A DNA stretch of 64,000 nt from a virus: positions 25,544 to 89,543 of IMG/VR virus record IMGVR_UViG_3300005329_000012. One strand, given 5' to 3'. This document shows, piece by piece, positions 38,979 through 49,596 of the stretch. Position 1 is the stretch's first letter; each line of letters begins with the position of its first letter. The notes below the pieces were generated by a model. The model was not told the origin of the DNA. It worked only from the letters and a program-made list of their open reading frames with translations, and ran no database searches. Both the position numbers and the translations under genes were made by a program.

Positions 38979-41900
38979 ATGATCCCCGTACACAACCACA
39001 GCGAGTACAGCGCCCTCGACGGCTACTCCAAGCCCGAGGAGATCGCGGCCCGCATCCTGGAGGTCGGCGCCCCGGGCGCCTTCCTGACCGACCACGGCAC
39101 TGTGGCCGGGTTCCCGGAGTTCCGCAAGGCGATGGAGAGGGAGGGCCTCAAGGTCGGCTACGGGATGGAGGCGTACCAGGCCCGCGGCAGCCGCCTCATC
39201 AAGAAGAACGCCGAGACGGACAAGAGCTACCGGAAGGGCGAGGACGCCTTCCACCTGGTCCTCCTGGCCATGACCAACGAGGGCTACAGGAACCTGCTCC
39301 GCATCAGCGACAAGGCCCACCGCACCGGGTTCCACTACGACCCGCGGGTGGACGCCGAGCTGCTCGCGCAGTACAGCGAGGGCATCGTCGCCACGACGGC
39401 CTGCATCGGCTCGCTGGTCAACCAGCGGCTCATGGAGGACGACCTCGGCCCGTTCGACGACCTGATCGGCATCTTCGGCGACAACCTCCTGGTCGAGGTC
39501 CACACCTACGACTCGAAGCTCCAGCGCGCCCTCAACGAGGAGCTTGCCCGCCTCGCGGCCGAGCGCGGCCTGCGTCTCGTCTACGCGAACGACGCGCACT
39601 ACGCCGTCCCGGAGCAGTACGACATCCACGAGGTTCTCCTCTGCGCGCAGATGAACGAGAAGTTCGGCAACCTGCGCTACGCCCACTTCCTGGACGAGAA
39701 CGGCGAGCAGCGCCACCACCCGCCCTGCCTCTACATCATGGACGAGGCCGAGGTCCGGGAGCGGCTCGCCGACGGCTACCGCCCCGGGCAGGGCGGCCTG
39801 ACGCCGGGCCAGATCGACGAGGCCATCGCGACGAGCGACTGGCTCATGGAGAGCAACGCGGTCTCGCTGGGGGAGAAGTCGAACCAGGTCTACCTGCCGA
39901 AGGTCAGCGAGAAGGGCCGCGGGGCCGACGACCTGCTCCTCGACCTCATCGAGTCCGGGCTGGCGCGGCGCTACCCCGGCGGCAAGCTGACGCGCGAGAT
40001 CGTCGACCGGGCCGAGGAGGAGTACGACACCCTCTGCGGGGCCATCGGCGGGATGGGCGCCGACTACTTCCTCGTCGTGCACGACTACATCACGTGGGCG
40101 AAGGCGCAGGGCATCCTCGTCGGCCCGGGCCGCGGCTCCGTCGGCGGCTCGCTCGTCGCGTACTTGATCGGCCTGACCAACGTGGACCCGCTCAAGCACG
40201 ACCTCCAGTTCCAGCGGTTCTGGAACGTGGGGCGCACCGACGGCCTGCCGGACGTGGACACCGATTTCCAGAAGACGCGGCGCCACGACATGATCGAGTA
40301 CGTCCAGGGCAAGTACGGCGACGACAAGGTGCTCATGATCGGCAGCCACGTCTACCTCGCGCCGAAGGCGGCCGTCCGCAAGGCGGCGACCGTGGTCTAC
40401 GACGACCCTCCCTACGGCCTGGTCAACAAGATCACGCACGACATCATGAAGAAGACCGACACGGTGCGCGCGGGCCAGCTGCTCACGTGGGAGGAGCTGT
40501 TCGAGAAGGACCCCGAGTCGTTCCTGGACGAGAAGGGCGCCGCCATCCTGCGGGACGCCCGGGAGGAGCTGGCGCCGTACCTCGCCGACGAGCAGTGGCA
40601 GCCCATGTTCGACGCGGCCGAGGGCCTGTCCGGCCGTCTCTCGACCTACGGCGTGCACGCCTCCGCGGTCGTCATCAGCGAGGTCCCGCTGGACGAGCAC
40701 CTGCCCGCGCGGTCGGCGTCGGACTCGGACATCGCGAAGGACCGCGTCATGGTGACGCAGGCAGAGATGGACGTGGTCGAGAAGGCCGGGTTCCCGAAGT
40801 TCGACTTCCTGGGCCTCAAGACGCTCGACATGCTGATGCGCGCGGCCAAGCTGGCCAACCCCGGCTGGACGGACCAGGACGCGGTCGAGTACTACTGGTC
40901 CCTCGACGTCGAGGACCCGGAGACCGTCAGCGAGGAGTACTACGAGCTGATCGACAAGGGCCAGACCCTCGGCCTGTTCCAGATCGACGACAAGTACGGC
41001 GCGAAGAAGATCGGCCGGGACCTCAAGCCCCGCACGCTCGCGCACCTGGGAGCCATCGTGGCCCTGAACAACCCGGGGCCGCAGCGCACCGGGGTCGTGG
41101 ACGCCTACCTGGCCTGCCGCAACGGCGAGGCCGACCCGCAGGAGCGCGACGCGATCCTGGCGCCCATCCTCACCGACACCTACGGCGAGTTCGTCTACCA
41201 GGAGCAGGTCATCGCGTACTTCACGGAGCTGTACAAGCGCAGCCACCCGCGCGGGTTCGACGAGGACGACAAGGACCTCCAGAAGGCGATCCTCTCCGAG
41301 GCGGACCACATCCGCAAGATGGTCGGCAAGCGGCTGTTCCGCGACATGGCCGCCTACCTCCCCGTCTACGTGGCGATCGCCACCGACGGCGACATCCACC
41401 GCTGCATGGAGAAGTACGGCGACGAGGTCGACCCGCGCGACCGCGAGGAGATCATCAAGGACTTCGAGAAGGCCGGGTACACCGGGGCCAGGATGCACGA
41501 GGACGACGCCCTCGCCAACTGGGACGACATCGTGGCCTTCTCCCTCTACGGCTTCAACAAGGCGCACGCGATCGAGTACGGCACGGTGCTCGCCTGGACG
41601 CTCCACGCGAAGGGCAAGTGGCCGACCGAGTTCGGGATGGCCGGAATCGAGTACGCCGACAAGCCGGAGAAGGTCGCCGGGTACGTCAACGAGTCGCGCG
41701 CGAGGGGCGTCGCCGTCCTGCCGCCGGACGTCAACCGCTCCGAGGAGGTCATCTCCAAGGCGGGCGACGGCGAGATCATCTACGGCCTCGCGGACGTCAA
41801 GGGCGTCGGCGTGGCGTCCGCGCGCTGGGTCGTGCAGAACCGGCCGTACGCGAGCCCCGAGGCGTTCGTCCAGAAGCTCAAGCTCCAGGACAAGCCCGCG

Positions 41901-42512
41901 TGCAACATGGGCCACTTCAAGGTGCTGATGGAGGCCGGGGCGTTCGACCCGTTCGGCCACCGCCTGCGCGAGTGCGACTTCGACTCGTGCGCGGGCACCG
42001 GCCGCGCGGTCCGCATGGTCCCGAAGAAGTCCGGCGACGGCGAGAAGCGCGAGCGGTACGAGTGCCCCGAGTGCGGCGGCGTCGGCTGGGTGCCGTGCGA
42101 CCTCCCGACCGAGGGCAAGCGCGCGGCGGCCGAGAAGGCGCTGCTCGGCGTCGAGCTGACCAACAGCTACGAGAAGCTGATGAAGAAGCACGCGAAGCGG
42201 CTCGGCAAGCTGCCGCCCCTGTCCACCGTCGAGGACAAGGAGTTCCCGAAGGGCGAGACCACCATCACCGTGGCGGGCGTCATCACCGACGTCAGGGACA
42301 TCGTGATCCGGTCGGACGCGCACGCGCGCGTCGCGGGCCGGAAGATGGCACGCGCCACGATCCAGTGGGAGGGCGAGGAGCTTTCGTTCGCCGTGTTCCC
42401 CGACACGCTCGAAAACTACGAGTACCTCGTCCAGGAGAACACGCTGGGCGAGTTCACCCTCAAGCAGTCACCGAAGGGACCCTCCCTTGTGAAAGGATGG
42501 AAGGCGCTTTGA
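38979..42512 (+). CDS. dnaE: DNA polymerase III alpha subunit
   Basis: HNHSEYSALDG, TDHG, GPGRGSVGGSL, PDVDTDF, HASAVVI, KFDFLGL, YGFNKAHA. Confidence 0.96.
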   Translation: MIPVHNHSEYSALDGYSKPEEIAARILEVGAPGAFLTDHGTVAGFPEFRKAMEREGLKVGYGMEAYQARGSRLIKKNAETDKSYRKGEDAFHLVLLAMTNEGYRNLLRISDKAHRTGFHYDPRVDAELLAQYSEGIVATTACIGSLVNQRLMEDDLGPFDDLIGIFGDNLLVEVHTYDSKLQRALNEELARLAAERGLRLVYANDAHYAVPEQYDIHEVLLCAQMNEKFGNLRYAHFLDENGEQRHHPPCLYIMDEAEVRERLADGYRPGQGGLTPGQIDEAIATSDWLMESNAVSLGEKSNQVYLPKVSEKGRGADDLLLDLIESGLARRYPGGKLTREIVDRAEEEYDTLCGAIGGMGADYFLVVHDYITWAKAQGILVGPGRGSVGGSLVAYLIGLTNVDPLKHDLQFQRFWNVGRTDGLPDVDTDFQKTRRHDMIEYVQGKYGDDKVLMIGSHVYLAPKAAVRKAATVVYDDPPYGLVNKITHDIMKKTDTVRAGQLLTWEELFEKDPESFLDEKGAAILRDAREELAPYLADEQWQPMFDAAEGLSGRLSTYGVHASAVVISEVPLDEHLPARSASDSDIAKDRVMVTQAEMDVVEKAGFPKFDFLGLKTLDMLMRAAKLANPGWTDQDAVEYYWSLDVEDPETVSEEYYELIDKGQTLGLFQIDDKYGAKKIGRDLKPRTLAHLGAIVALNNPGPQRTGVVDAYLACRNGEADPQERDAILAPILTDTYGEFVYQEQVIAYFTELYKRSHPRGFDEDDKDLQKAILSEADHIRKMVGKRLFRDMAAYLPVYVAIATDGDIHRCMEKYGDEVDPRDREEIIKDFEKAGYTGARMHEDDALANWDDIVAFSLYGFNKAHAIEYGTVLAWTLHAKGKWPTEFGMAGIEYADKPEKVAGYVNESRARGVAVLPPDVNRSEEVISKAGDGEIIYGLADVKGVGVASARWVVQNRPYASPEAFVQKLKLQDKPACNMGHFKVLMEAGAFDPFGHRLRECDFDSCAGTGRAVRMVPKKSGDGEKRERYECPECGGVGWVPCDLPTEGKRAAAEKALLGVELTNSYEKLMKKHAKRLGKLPPLSTVEDKEFPKGETTITVAGVITDVRDIVIRSDAHARVAGRKMARATIQWEGEELSFAVFPDTLENYEYLVQENTLGEFTLKQSPKGPSLVKGWKAL

Positions 42513-43606
42513 GCAAGAAGGTACGGCAGATCGCCAGCGCCGGGGCCATGGACGGCCTCGTGTCGTCGCTCCAGAAGTCGTTCGGCCAGAACTCGGCCCG
42601 CAAGGGAGGGCTACAGCGCGCCCTCCGCTCCGTCCCGACGGGCTCCCTCGCGCTCGACTTCGAGCTGGGGACCGGCGGCTGGCCGCTCGGCTACCTCTGC
42701 GGCGTCTTCGGCCCGCGCGACATCGGCAAGTCCTCGATGGTCGGCTTCAACGCCATCCGCAACGCGCAGGCGATGGGCCTGAACTGCGCCTACATCGCCG
42801 TCGAGCCCGCGGGCTCCGAGAACTGGGAGGCGTGGGCCACGCTCAACGGCGTGAACGTGGACGAGCTGCTGCTGACCTGGCCGGAGACCGGCGAGGAGGC
42901 GTTCGAGATGCTGCTCAAGATCCTCCGGTCGGAGGTCGTGGACTTCGTCGTCTTCGACTCCATCGGCGCGATCCTCGGCGAGGGCGAGCTGAAGGAGGAC
43001 GGCAAGGCCCGCCAGGGCGGCCAGTCCTCGCTCATCAGCTGGGGCGTCAAGGCCGCGGCCCCGCTCGCGTTCAAGAACGACGTCGGCGTCCTCCTGTTCA
43101 ACCAGGTGAGGCACCTGATGAGCCCGGGCGTCCGCGGCACCGTGTACAAGCAGCCCGGCGGCGAGGCCCTGGAGCACTCCGAGGCCATCATCGTCCAGCT
43201 CAAGCGCGGCAAGGCGAAGTACACCGTCAAGGACAACGGCAACGACGTCACGATCGGCGGGGAGATCGTCGCCGACATCCGCCGCAACAAGCTGAGCCAG
43301 GGCACCGGCAAGCGCGCGGCGTTCGACTACTACCACACGCAGGCCGACGGCTACCCGTTCGGCATCGACGCCGACTCGGACGTGGTGAACACCGCGGTCC
43401 GCACGGGCGTCATCGAGCGGGCCGGGTCGTTCTACCGGCTGCCGGACGGCACGCAGCACCAGGGCATGACCAAGGTCGGCGAGCACATGGCGGCCAACCC
43501 CGAGGCGTTCGCCCAGGTCCGCGAGGGCGTCCTCCAGGCGATGCTCGCGCGCGGCCAGACCGCCAACCCCAAGACGCTGGAGGAGGTCCAGTCCGATGCA
43601 GGCTAA
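42509..43606 (+). CDS. recA: RecA-like recombinase
   Basis: PTGSLALDFELGTGGWP, FGPRDIGKS, VFDSI, NQVR, PGGEAL; TTG start overlapping dnaE stop. Confidence 0.92.
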   Translation: MSKKVRQIASAGAMDGLVSSLQKSFGQNSARKGGLQRALRSVPTGSLALDFELGTGGWPLGYLCGVFGPRDIGKSSMVGFNAIRNAQAMGLNCAYIAVEPAGSENWEAWATLNGVNVDELLLTWPETGEEAFEMLLKILRSEVVDFVVFDSIGAILGEGELKEDGKARQGGQSSLISWGVKAAAPLAFKNDVGVLLFNQVRHLMSPGVRGTVYKQPGGEALEHSEAIIVQLKRGKAKYTVKDNGNDVTIGGEIVADIRRNKLSQGTGKRAAFDYYHTQADGYPFGIDADSDVVNTAVRTGVIERAGSFYRLPDGTQHQGMTKVGEHMAANPEAFAQVREGVLQAMLARGQTANPKTLEEVQSDAG

Positions 43607-43928
43607 CAGGTTCCGCAAGAAGCCCGTCGTCGTCGTGGCGGCGCAGTGGGACGGCACGAACGAGGAGGCCGGGGAGATCGTCGAGTGGATCAAGCGGCTC
43701 AAGGGCGACGCCCAGCTCACGAGCGTCCCGAACCTGACGCACACCATCTCGATCTACACGCTGGAGGGCGTCATGCACGCGATGCCCGGCGACTGGATCA
43801 TCCGCGGCGTCAAGGGCGAGTTCTACCCCTGCAAGCCCGACATCTTCGAGCAGACCTACGAGCCGAACGGTACGACGCTCATCACCGACATGGAGGTCAC
43901 GGGACTGTCGTATGGCGAAGCGGGGTAG
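43596..43928 (+). CDS. Phage PGDYG-like protein
   Basis: RKKPVVV...TLEG...PGDWIIRGVKGEFYPCKPDIFEQTYE. Confidence 0.8.
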   Translation: MQANRFRKKPVVVVAAQWDGTNEEAGEIVEWIKRLKGDAQLTSVPNLTHTISIYTLEGVMHAMPGDWIIRGVKGEFYPCKPDIFEQTYEPNGTTLITDMEVTGLSYGEAG

Positions 43929-44295
43929 CACGAAGGCCCTCTCCGTCCTCCAGGAGGAGCGGGTCGCGCGGGCGTACGGCGGCAAGCGGTCGCCGTCGTC
44001 CGGCGGCGCCGTCACCGACAACGGGGACGTGCGCGTGACAGCGTTCAACACGCTGGTCGAGTGCAAGCACACCGGCACGTACGACAAGCCGTCCAAGAGC
44101 GTCAGCGTCAAGCTCTCCGACCTGGAGAAGGCGCACGACGAGGCGGCGGCCGAGGGCAAGATGGTCCTGGTCGCCCTCTCGATGTACGCGCCCGACTCCG
44201 TCCTCGCCGACCGCAACGGCTTCGTGGACCTATCCGTCCGGCTGATGCGGGACGACGCGAACCTCCTGGACGAGTACTACCGCTACCGTGGCTAG
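43912..44295 (+). CDS. Holliday junction resolvase-like PD-(D/E)xK nuclease
   Basis: QEERVA...SSGG...GDV...VECK. Confidence 0.7.
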   Translation: MAKRGSTKALSVLQEERVARAYGGKRSPSSGGAVTDNGDVRVTAFNTLVECKHTGTYDKPSKSVSVKLSDLEKAHDEAAAEGKMVLVALSMYAPDSVLADRNGFVDLSVRLMRDDANLLDEYYRYRG

Positions 44296-45058
44296 GGTCG
44301 GCCAGACGGCGCGGCGCAAGCCCCTCGGCTCGCAGTTCGCCAAGCACTTCCAGAAGGGCGAGGTCCTCGTCCCGCACCTGAACAACTGGTTCGCCAACGG
44401 CGAGTTCCCGGACGAGATCCCGATCACGCTCCGGCCCAACAAGGAGCACGACGACGCCTTCCACCCGTCGAGCGCCCTGATGTGCGAGCGGGCGCTCTAC
44501 GCGAAGCTGGAGGGCGACCTCCCCGCCGAGGAGACCGCGATGGACATGCAGAAGGTCTTCATGATCGGCCGGTACTACCACGAGCTGGTCCAGTGGATCG
44601 TGGTCGAGGGGCTCGGCTTCGCCACCTGGGAGGACGTCGAGAAGGAGCACGACCTCCACTTCGCGACCGCGAAGGGCAACCCGTACCGCGTCCGCGGCTT
44701 CATCGACGTGGCCCGGATGGCCCTCCCCGGCCTGGACACGGCGGTCCTGCTCGACGTCAAGACGATGGCCTCGCGCCTGTACGGGATGGGCGAGCCGCCC
44801 CGGTCCCTCATGGAGAAGTACGAGGCCCAGGTGAGGCTCTACCTGGAGTTCGAGGACCTGCCGCGCGGCATCATCCTGTTCATGGAGAAGGACAACCCGC
44901 ACCGCTTCCGGGAGGCCGTCGTCGAGCGCGACGGCGCCCAGGTCGACAGGATCATGGAGGGCTGGGAGTTCGTCACCGACAGCCGCGCCGAGGGCCTGGT
45001 GCCCGACTGCACGTGCTCCAGCCCGTCCTCCTGCCCGGCCAAGAACGTCTACCTCTAG
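44288..45058 (+). CDS. Cas4-like PD-(D/E)xK exonuclease
   Basis: HPSS..C, GFID, LDVKT, QVRLY, C-terminal Cys cluster. Confidence 0.75.
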   Translation: MARVGQTARRKPLGSQFAKHFQKGEVLVPHLNNWFANGEFPDEIPITLRPNKEHDDAFHPSSALMCERALYAKLEGDLPAEETAMDMQKVFMIGRYYHELVQWIVVEGLGFATWEDVEKEHDLHFATAKGNPYRVRGFIDVARMALPGLDTAVLLDVKTMASRLYGMGEPPRSLMEKYEAQVRLYLEFEDLPRGIILFMEKDNPHRFREAVVERDGAQVDRIMEGWEFVTDSRAEGLVPDCTCSSPSSCPAKNVYL

Positions 45059-45120
45059 AGCGGATCGTCTCAAACAGTGGGTTCCCGGCGCCCCCGCCGA
45101 ACAGGGGTGGCAGAGACCCT

Positions 45121-45510
45121 ATGGCGACCAAGAGAAAGAGACAGTGGACGTGCCGCGGCTGCAAGGCCGTCCACGCGAACACACGGCTGAGGAAGTGCCC
45201 CGCCTGCAAGAAGGCGAGGCCCGCTCCCCGGCGCGCAGCCCACATGAAGGCGCTGGACCACCCGTACGAGTTCTACGTCGAGCTGAACGGCGGCGAGCAC
45301 TGCGGCATCTGCGGGAAGAAGCCCAAGAAGCGCGCCGACGGCACCGTCACCAGGCGGCTGGACCGCGACCACGACCACCGCACCGGGAAGCCCCGCGGCC
45401 TCCTCTGCGGCGGCCGGATGGGCTGCAACCGGCGGCTGGGGCGCGTCGACGACCGGAAGTGGCTCAACGCTACGATCGCCTACCTCGACCGCGCGGACGG
45501 CGCGCTGTGA
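45121..45510 (+). CDS. Endonuclease VII-like protein
   Basis: CGICG...DRDHDHRTGKPRGLLC...CNRRLG; N-terminal Zn ribbon. Confidence 0.8.
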   Translation: MATKRKRQWTCRGCKAVHANTRLRKCPACKKARPAPRRAAHMKALDHPYEFYVELNGGEHCGICGKKPKKRADGTVTRRLDRDHDHRTGKPRGLLCGGRMGCNRRLGRVDDRKWLNATIAYLDRADGAL

Positions 45511-45863
45511 GCGTCATGCCAGGGGTCGAGAAGCACCGCGTCCTGCGCGAGGTCCTGAGGCACTACCTGGAGTTCCGCAGCTACGTTTCGTGGACGGACA
45601 ACAGCTCGTCGGCCGGAAGCTCCGGGACCGACCGCTGGGAGATCGAGCACAAGGGGCTCCGCATCAGCTTCCTGGACCTGCGCGACTGCCTCGCCCAGCT
45701 GAGCGTCCGCAAGAAAGAGGCGGTCTTCTGGAACGTAATCATGGACAAGAAGCAGAAGGACGTGGCAGAGATCATGGGAATCACCACGGGGTCGGTGAAC
45801 CAGTACGTCGAACAGGGCATGCTCCAGATCGCGCAGACGCTCTGGCCCGAGGAGGGCGAGTAG
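45507..45863 (+). CDS. Sigma-70 region-4-like HTH DNA-binding protein
   Basis: LAQLSVRKKEAV...QKDVAEIMGITTGSVNQY. Confidence 0.7.
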   Translation: MSVMPGVEKHRVLREVLRHYLEFRSYVSWTDNSSSAGSSGTDRWEIEHKGLRISFLDLRDCLAQLSVRKKEAVFWNVIMDKKQKDVAEIMGITTGSVNQYVEQGMLQIAQTLWPEEGE

Positions 45864-46211
45864 GTGCCGGGCTGGAAGCGCCGCCCGAGCTTCGCCCGCC
45901 AGGAGGCGATCGTCTTCGAGGAGGGGAAGGACTACACCCCGCGCGAGCTTGAGCAGCTCGCCGACCAGCTGCTCCGCGCCGAGGCGAGGTCGATCGACCC
46001 CGAGACCGGCAAGGAGCGCGGCATCGGCGGCGACAAGCCGATCCTGTTCGAGGAGCACATCCACCAGCGCAGGAGGAGGGAGATCCTGAACGAGAACGGC
46101 GTGCCGGACCCGGCCCTCGGCCGCGGCCTCTACTTCCGCACCCACCCGGAGGGCCGCAAGGTCAACTCCGAGGAGGCCAGGAAGAAGCACGGCGCCTCGT
46201 ACTACCGCTGA
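45864..46211 (+). CDS. Hypothetical protein
   Basis: ORF track, coupled, good codon bias. Confidence 0.65.
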   Translation: MPGWKRRPSFARQEAIVFEEGKDYTPRELEQLADQLLRAEARSIDPETGKERGIGGDKPILFEEHIHQRRRREILNENGVPDPALGRGLYFRTHPEGRKVNSEEARKKHGASYYR

Positions 46212-46891
46212 TGGCCACGTTCAAGAAGACCGACGCGCCCGCGCGCAAGCAGCGCCTCGTGGCTGGCGGCACCGTGCCGGTCGCGGCCCCGCTCGGGACG
46301 TTCCTGGTGGTCGCTCCGCTCTGCAAGGTCTGCAACCACCCGAACCGCCGGGAGATCGACATGATGCTCGCGCTCGGCTGGAGCCAGCGCGAGTGCACCC
46401 GCTACTGGAACGACCTGATCGAGGCCGAGACCGGCGACGTTGACTTCTTCTCGAAGTCCGGTATGGGGACGCACGCCCAGAAGCACCTGTCGGTCAAGGA
46501 CGCGGCGATCGTCCGCATCATCGAGGAGCGGGCGCGCCTGGAGGGGATGGACGTCGAGGCGGTCCGCGGCTTCATCCTGACCAAGCAGGCGGTCGCCGAG
46601 GCGATCGTCCACCGCGGCCTGGAGCTGATGCAGCGGGACGACGCGGTCGTGGAGCCGAAGGACGTGCTCGCGGCGCTCGACCTCCTGATGCGGCTGGAGG
46701 AGAAGCGCAGCGTCGTCGCTGAGGAGACCATGCTCAGGGAGATCAGGGCCTTCATGAACGCCGTCCGCCGGAACGTGGACGAGAGCCTGCTGGAGCAGAT
46801 CTACGCCGACTACCGGATCGAGCTGGGCGAGGTCCCGCCCGCCGTCCAGCTGCTCCCGCCCGACGAGGAGGACGACGATGGACATCAGTGA
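46211..46891 (+). CDS. Hypothetical protein, possible terminase small subunit
   Basis: CKVCNHP...H..KH motif, helical C-terminus, upstream of TerL. Confidence 0.45.
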   Translation: MATFKKTDAPARKQRLVAGGTVPVAAPLGTFLVVAPLCKVCNHPNRREIDMMLALGWSQRECTRYWNDLIEAETGDVDFFSKSGMGTHAQKHLSVKDAAIVRIIEERARLEGMDVEAVRGFILTKQAVAEAIVHRGLELMQRDDAVVEPKDVLAALDLLMRLEEKRSVVAEETMLREIRAFMNAVRRNVDESLLEQIYADYRIELGEVPPAVQLLPPDEEDDDGHQ

Positions 46892-47237
46892 CCTGTACGA
46901 CCACGAGATCGCCAAGATCGGCCCGCTCTGGCAGGGGCTCATGCAGCGGTTCGCCCGAAAGGCGAACAGCCGCCGGAACCTGGAGGAGCTGGCCCGCGTC
47001 GCCGCCGACGAGTTCCAGAAGATCGGCCTGGTGGTCGAGGTCAACACGGCCCCGTGCCTGATCTTCAACCCGATCACCCAGACGACCGGCAGCCCGGAGA
47101 TCATCGTCGTCGGCCGCGTCCCCGGGACGCACTACGCCGAGGACGGCACGGTCCTGTTCGACCACGAGCGCAAGCGGGACGAGGTCCTGCGCAGCCGCGA
47201 GCGGGGAGAGGACTTCCTGGGCCAGAAGGGGGGCTGA
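46878..47237 (+). CDS. Hypothetical protein
   Basis: ORF track; GAGGAGG SD. Confidence 0.65.
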   Translation: MDISDLYDHEIAKIGPLWQGLMQRFARKANSRRNLEELARVAADEFQKIGLVVEVNTAPCLIFNPITQTTGSPEIIVVGRVPGTHYAEDGTVLFDHERKRDEVLRSRERGEDFLGQKGG

Positions 47238-47503
47238 TGGGCGAGAGCTACCACTACGTCTGCGAGGGGTGCCGCTTCGACATCGTGGCGGGCTCGCTCT
47301 GCGTCGAGTGCCCGCGGTGCGGCGGCGGCCTCAAGCTGATCAACGTGGGCCAGCTCTCCCTCCCGATCGCGCCGCTCAGGGACGGCCCGCCGGTCACGCC
47401 GGGCGGCATCGTCCGCACGGCTGCCAACGACGGCACGCTCGACAAGCTGTTCGAGGACCTGGGGAGCATGCTGCGCCAGGCGGCCGAGGAGCACGGCGAG
47501 TGA
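47237..47503 (+). CDS. Small zinc-ribbon protein
   Basis: CEGC...CPRCGG; TGATG coupling. Confidence 0.6.
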   Translation: MGESYHYVCEGCRFDIVAGSLCVECPRCGGGLKLINVGQLSLPIAPLRDGPPVTPGGIVRTAANDGTLDKLFEDLGSMLRQAAEEHGE

Positions 47504-49527
47504 GCATCATCGACAACTACATCAAGAAGACGGTCGCCATGCGGCACGTCAGCGTCGCCGAGTTCGCCGAGAGCAGCGACTACTGCGGCAAGCCCCTCTA
47601 CCCGCTCCAGCGCGTCCTCCTGAAGACGATGTTCCTGGAGGAGCTGTCCGGCAAGGAGGAGGACCAGCTCACCTGGCTCATGAGGGGCGGCCGGTCGGGC
47701 GAGGTCTTCATGTCGCCGGACGTCCGCCGCCGCCGCGACATCATGCGCGAGCGCGGCGCGGCCCACTTCGGCGAGATCAACCTCGTCGGCGGCAGGCGGT
47801 CCTCGAAGGGCCACATCACCGGCCTCGCGGGCGCGTACAAGCTCTGGCTGGTGCAGCAGCTCGACGACCCGGGCGAGTACTTCAACCTTGACCCGGACAA
47901 GGTGCTCGACTTCGTCTGCGTGGCGGCCTCGTTCGACCAGGCCAAGACGCTCCAGTTCGCCGACCTCCGCGCGTCCATCTCGGCGTGCAAGCCGCTCCAG
48001 CCGTACCTCTCGAAGGACCTGGAGGAGATCCTCACCATCAAGACCGACGCCGACATCGAGCAGGTACGCGAGCGCGGCTCCAGCGGGCGCGACTTCGCGC
48101 GCCTCCGCGTCCGGCCGATGGCCGCGAACTCGGACACCATCCGAGGCACCGCGAGCCTCCTGCTGGTCTTCGACGAGTTCGCGTTCTTCCTCCCCGGCGA
48201 GAGCCGCCAGTCGGCGCAGCAGGTGTACGGCGCCGCCGAGCCGTCGCTGGCGCAGTTCGGCCACCACGCCCTCGTCTTCGCCAACTCGTCGCCGTGGACC
48301 AGGGTCGGGCAGTTCTTCGAGCAGTACAGCCTCTCGATGCGGCCGGAGGACCACCCGGAGGGCTGGTACCCGCAGAACCTCGCGGTCCAGTTCCCGTCGT
48401 GGGCGCTGTTCGACAAGTGGTGGGAGGACGAGAACGGCCGGTGGAAGAACGCCATCATGGTCTCGCCCGACTGGCCCGACCTCCTGGAGCCCGAGGAGCC
48501 GCGCTCCGCGCTGGACCCGATGTCGCAGGGCAAGCGCGAGAACGAGAAGCTCAAGGAGAAGGCCAACAAGGAGACGTACAAGGTCGAGCGGCGCGCGCAG
48601 TGGGCCGAGGTCCTGGACGCGTACTTCGACCCCGACGTCGTCGACCGGGTGTTCAGCGGGTGGCTGCCGGACGGCAGGCAGTGCGGCGCGAACTACAGCG
48701 GCACCTACAGGTTCGCCTTCGTCGGCCACTGCGACCCGTCGAGCACGACGGCGGGCTTCGGCTTCGCCATGGGCCACGTCGAGGAGTTCCCGTGCGTCGA
48801 CCCGGCGATGGCCGAGATCTGGCCCGGCGGCATGGAACGGCACGTCGTCTTCGACTTCGTGAAGCGGTGGAACCCGGACGACTTCGCCGGGCACACGATC
48901 AACTACATCGAGGTCCGCAAGGAGCTGGCCCACTGGGTCAGCATCTTCCGGCCCGTGTCGCTCACCTTCGACCAGTACAACAGCGTCGGCCTGATCCAGG
49001 AGCTTCGCGAGGACGCGCGCAAGATGGGCGTCTTCAACACGCAGATCGGCGAGGTCACGGCCACCGCCGCGATCAACTGGAACCGCTGGGAGGCGACCAA
49101 GACGGCGTTCAACCTCGGGCTCGTGCACATCCCGCCCGACTGCCTCGACCCGAGGACCGGCTTCGACCACTCGGGCTACGCCTCGCTGGAGCTGAAGTTC
49201 CTCCAGGAGATCCAGACCGGCCAGACCAAGCGCGTCGACAAGCAGAGCATGGGGCCGGTCCAGACGAAGGACGTCGCGGACTGCATCGCCGAGGTCACGG
49301 TCAAGTTCCTCGGCTCGTACCTGGGCGACATCACCGGCAAGGCGTTCACCGAGGCCCAGCTGGCGACGGGCGCCGAGGGCGGCTACCAGATCGGCGGCCG
49401 GAACCCGAACGCCCCGCGCGGCGGCGAGAGGTTCGAGGAGTTCATGAAGGGCCGCGGCCAGGCGGGAGCCCAGGCCGCGAGAGGGTTCGACATGACCGGG
49501 CGCCACCCGCGCCGCCGCGGCCGCTGA
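47500..49527 (+). CDS. Terminase large subunit
   Basis: YPLQ, GGRRSSKG Walker A, LLVFDE Walker B, NSSP, nuclease HCDPS / DQYNS / KDVAD; GTGA start. Confidence 0.88.
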   Translation: MSIIDNYIKKTVAMRHVSVAEFAESSDYCGKPLYPLQRVLLKTMFLEELSGKEEDQLTWLMRGGRSGEVFMSPDVRRRRDIMRERGAAHFGEINLVGGRRSSKGHITGLAGAYKLWLVQQLDDPGEYFNLDPDKVLDFVCVAASFDQAKTLQFADLRASISACKPLQPYLSKDLEEILTIKTDADIEQVRERGSSGRDFARLRVRPMAANSDTIRGTASLLLVFDEFAFFLPGESRQSAQQVYGAAEPSLAQFGHHALVFANSSPWTRVGQFFEQYSLSMRPEDHPEGWYPQNLAVQFPSWALFDKWWEDENGRWKNAIMVSPDWPDLLEPEEPRSALDPMSQGKRENEKLKEKANKETYKVERRAQWAEVLDAYFDPDVVDRVFSGWLPDGRQCGANYSGTYRFAFVGHCDPSSTTAGFGFAMGHVEEFPCVDPAMAEIWPGGMERHVVFDFVKRWNPDDFAGHTINYIEVRKELAHWVSIFRPVSLTFDQYNSVGLIQELREDARKMGVFNTQIGEVTATAAINWNRWEATKTAFNLGLVHIPPDCLDPRTGFDHSGYASLELKFLQEIQTGQTKRVDKQSMGPVQTKDVADCIAEVTVKFLGSYLGDITGKAFTEAQLATGAEGGYQIGGRNPNAPRGGERFEEFMKGRGQAGAQAARGFDMTGRHPRRRGR

Positions 49528-49596
49528 CGACCCTGTTTTTCGCCCCCGTCCGAAAAGGTAAGTTGCGTGAACCAACACGCACCAACGGCGGCGTAA

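Noticed and set aside
44288-45058. Cas4-like gene as evidence of CRISPR
   Set aside because: No repeat-spacer array or other cas genes in the window; solo Cas4-like nucleases are common in phage replication modules.
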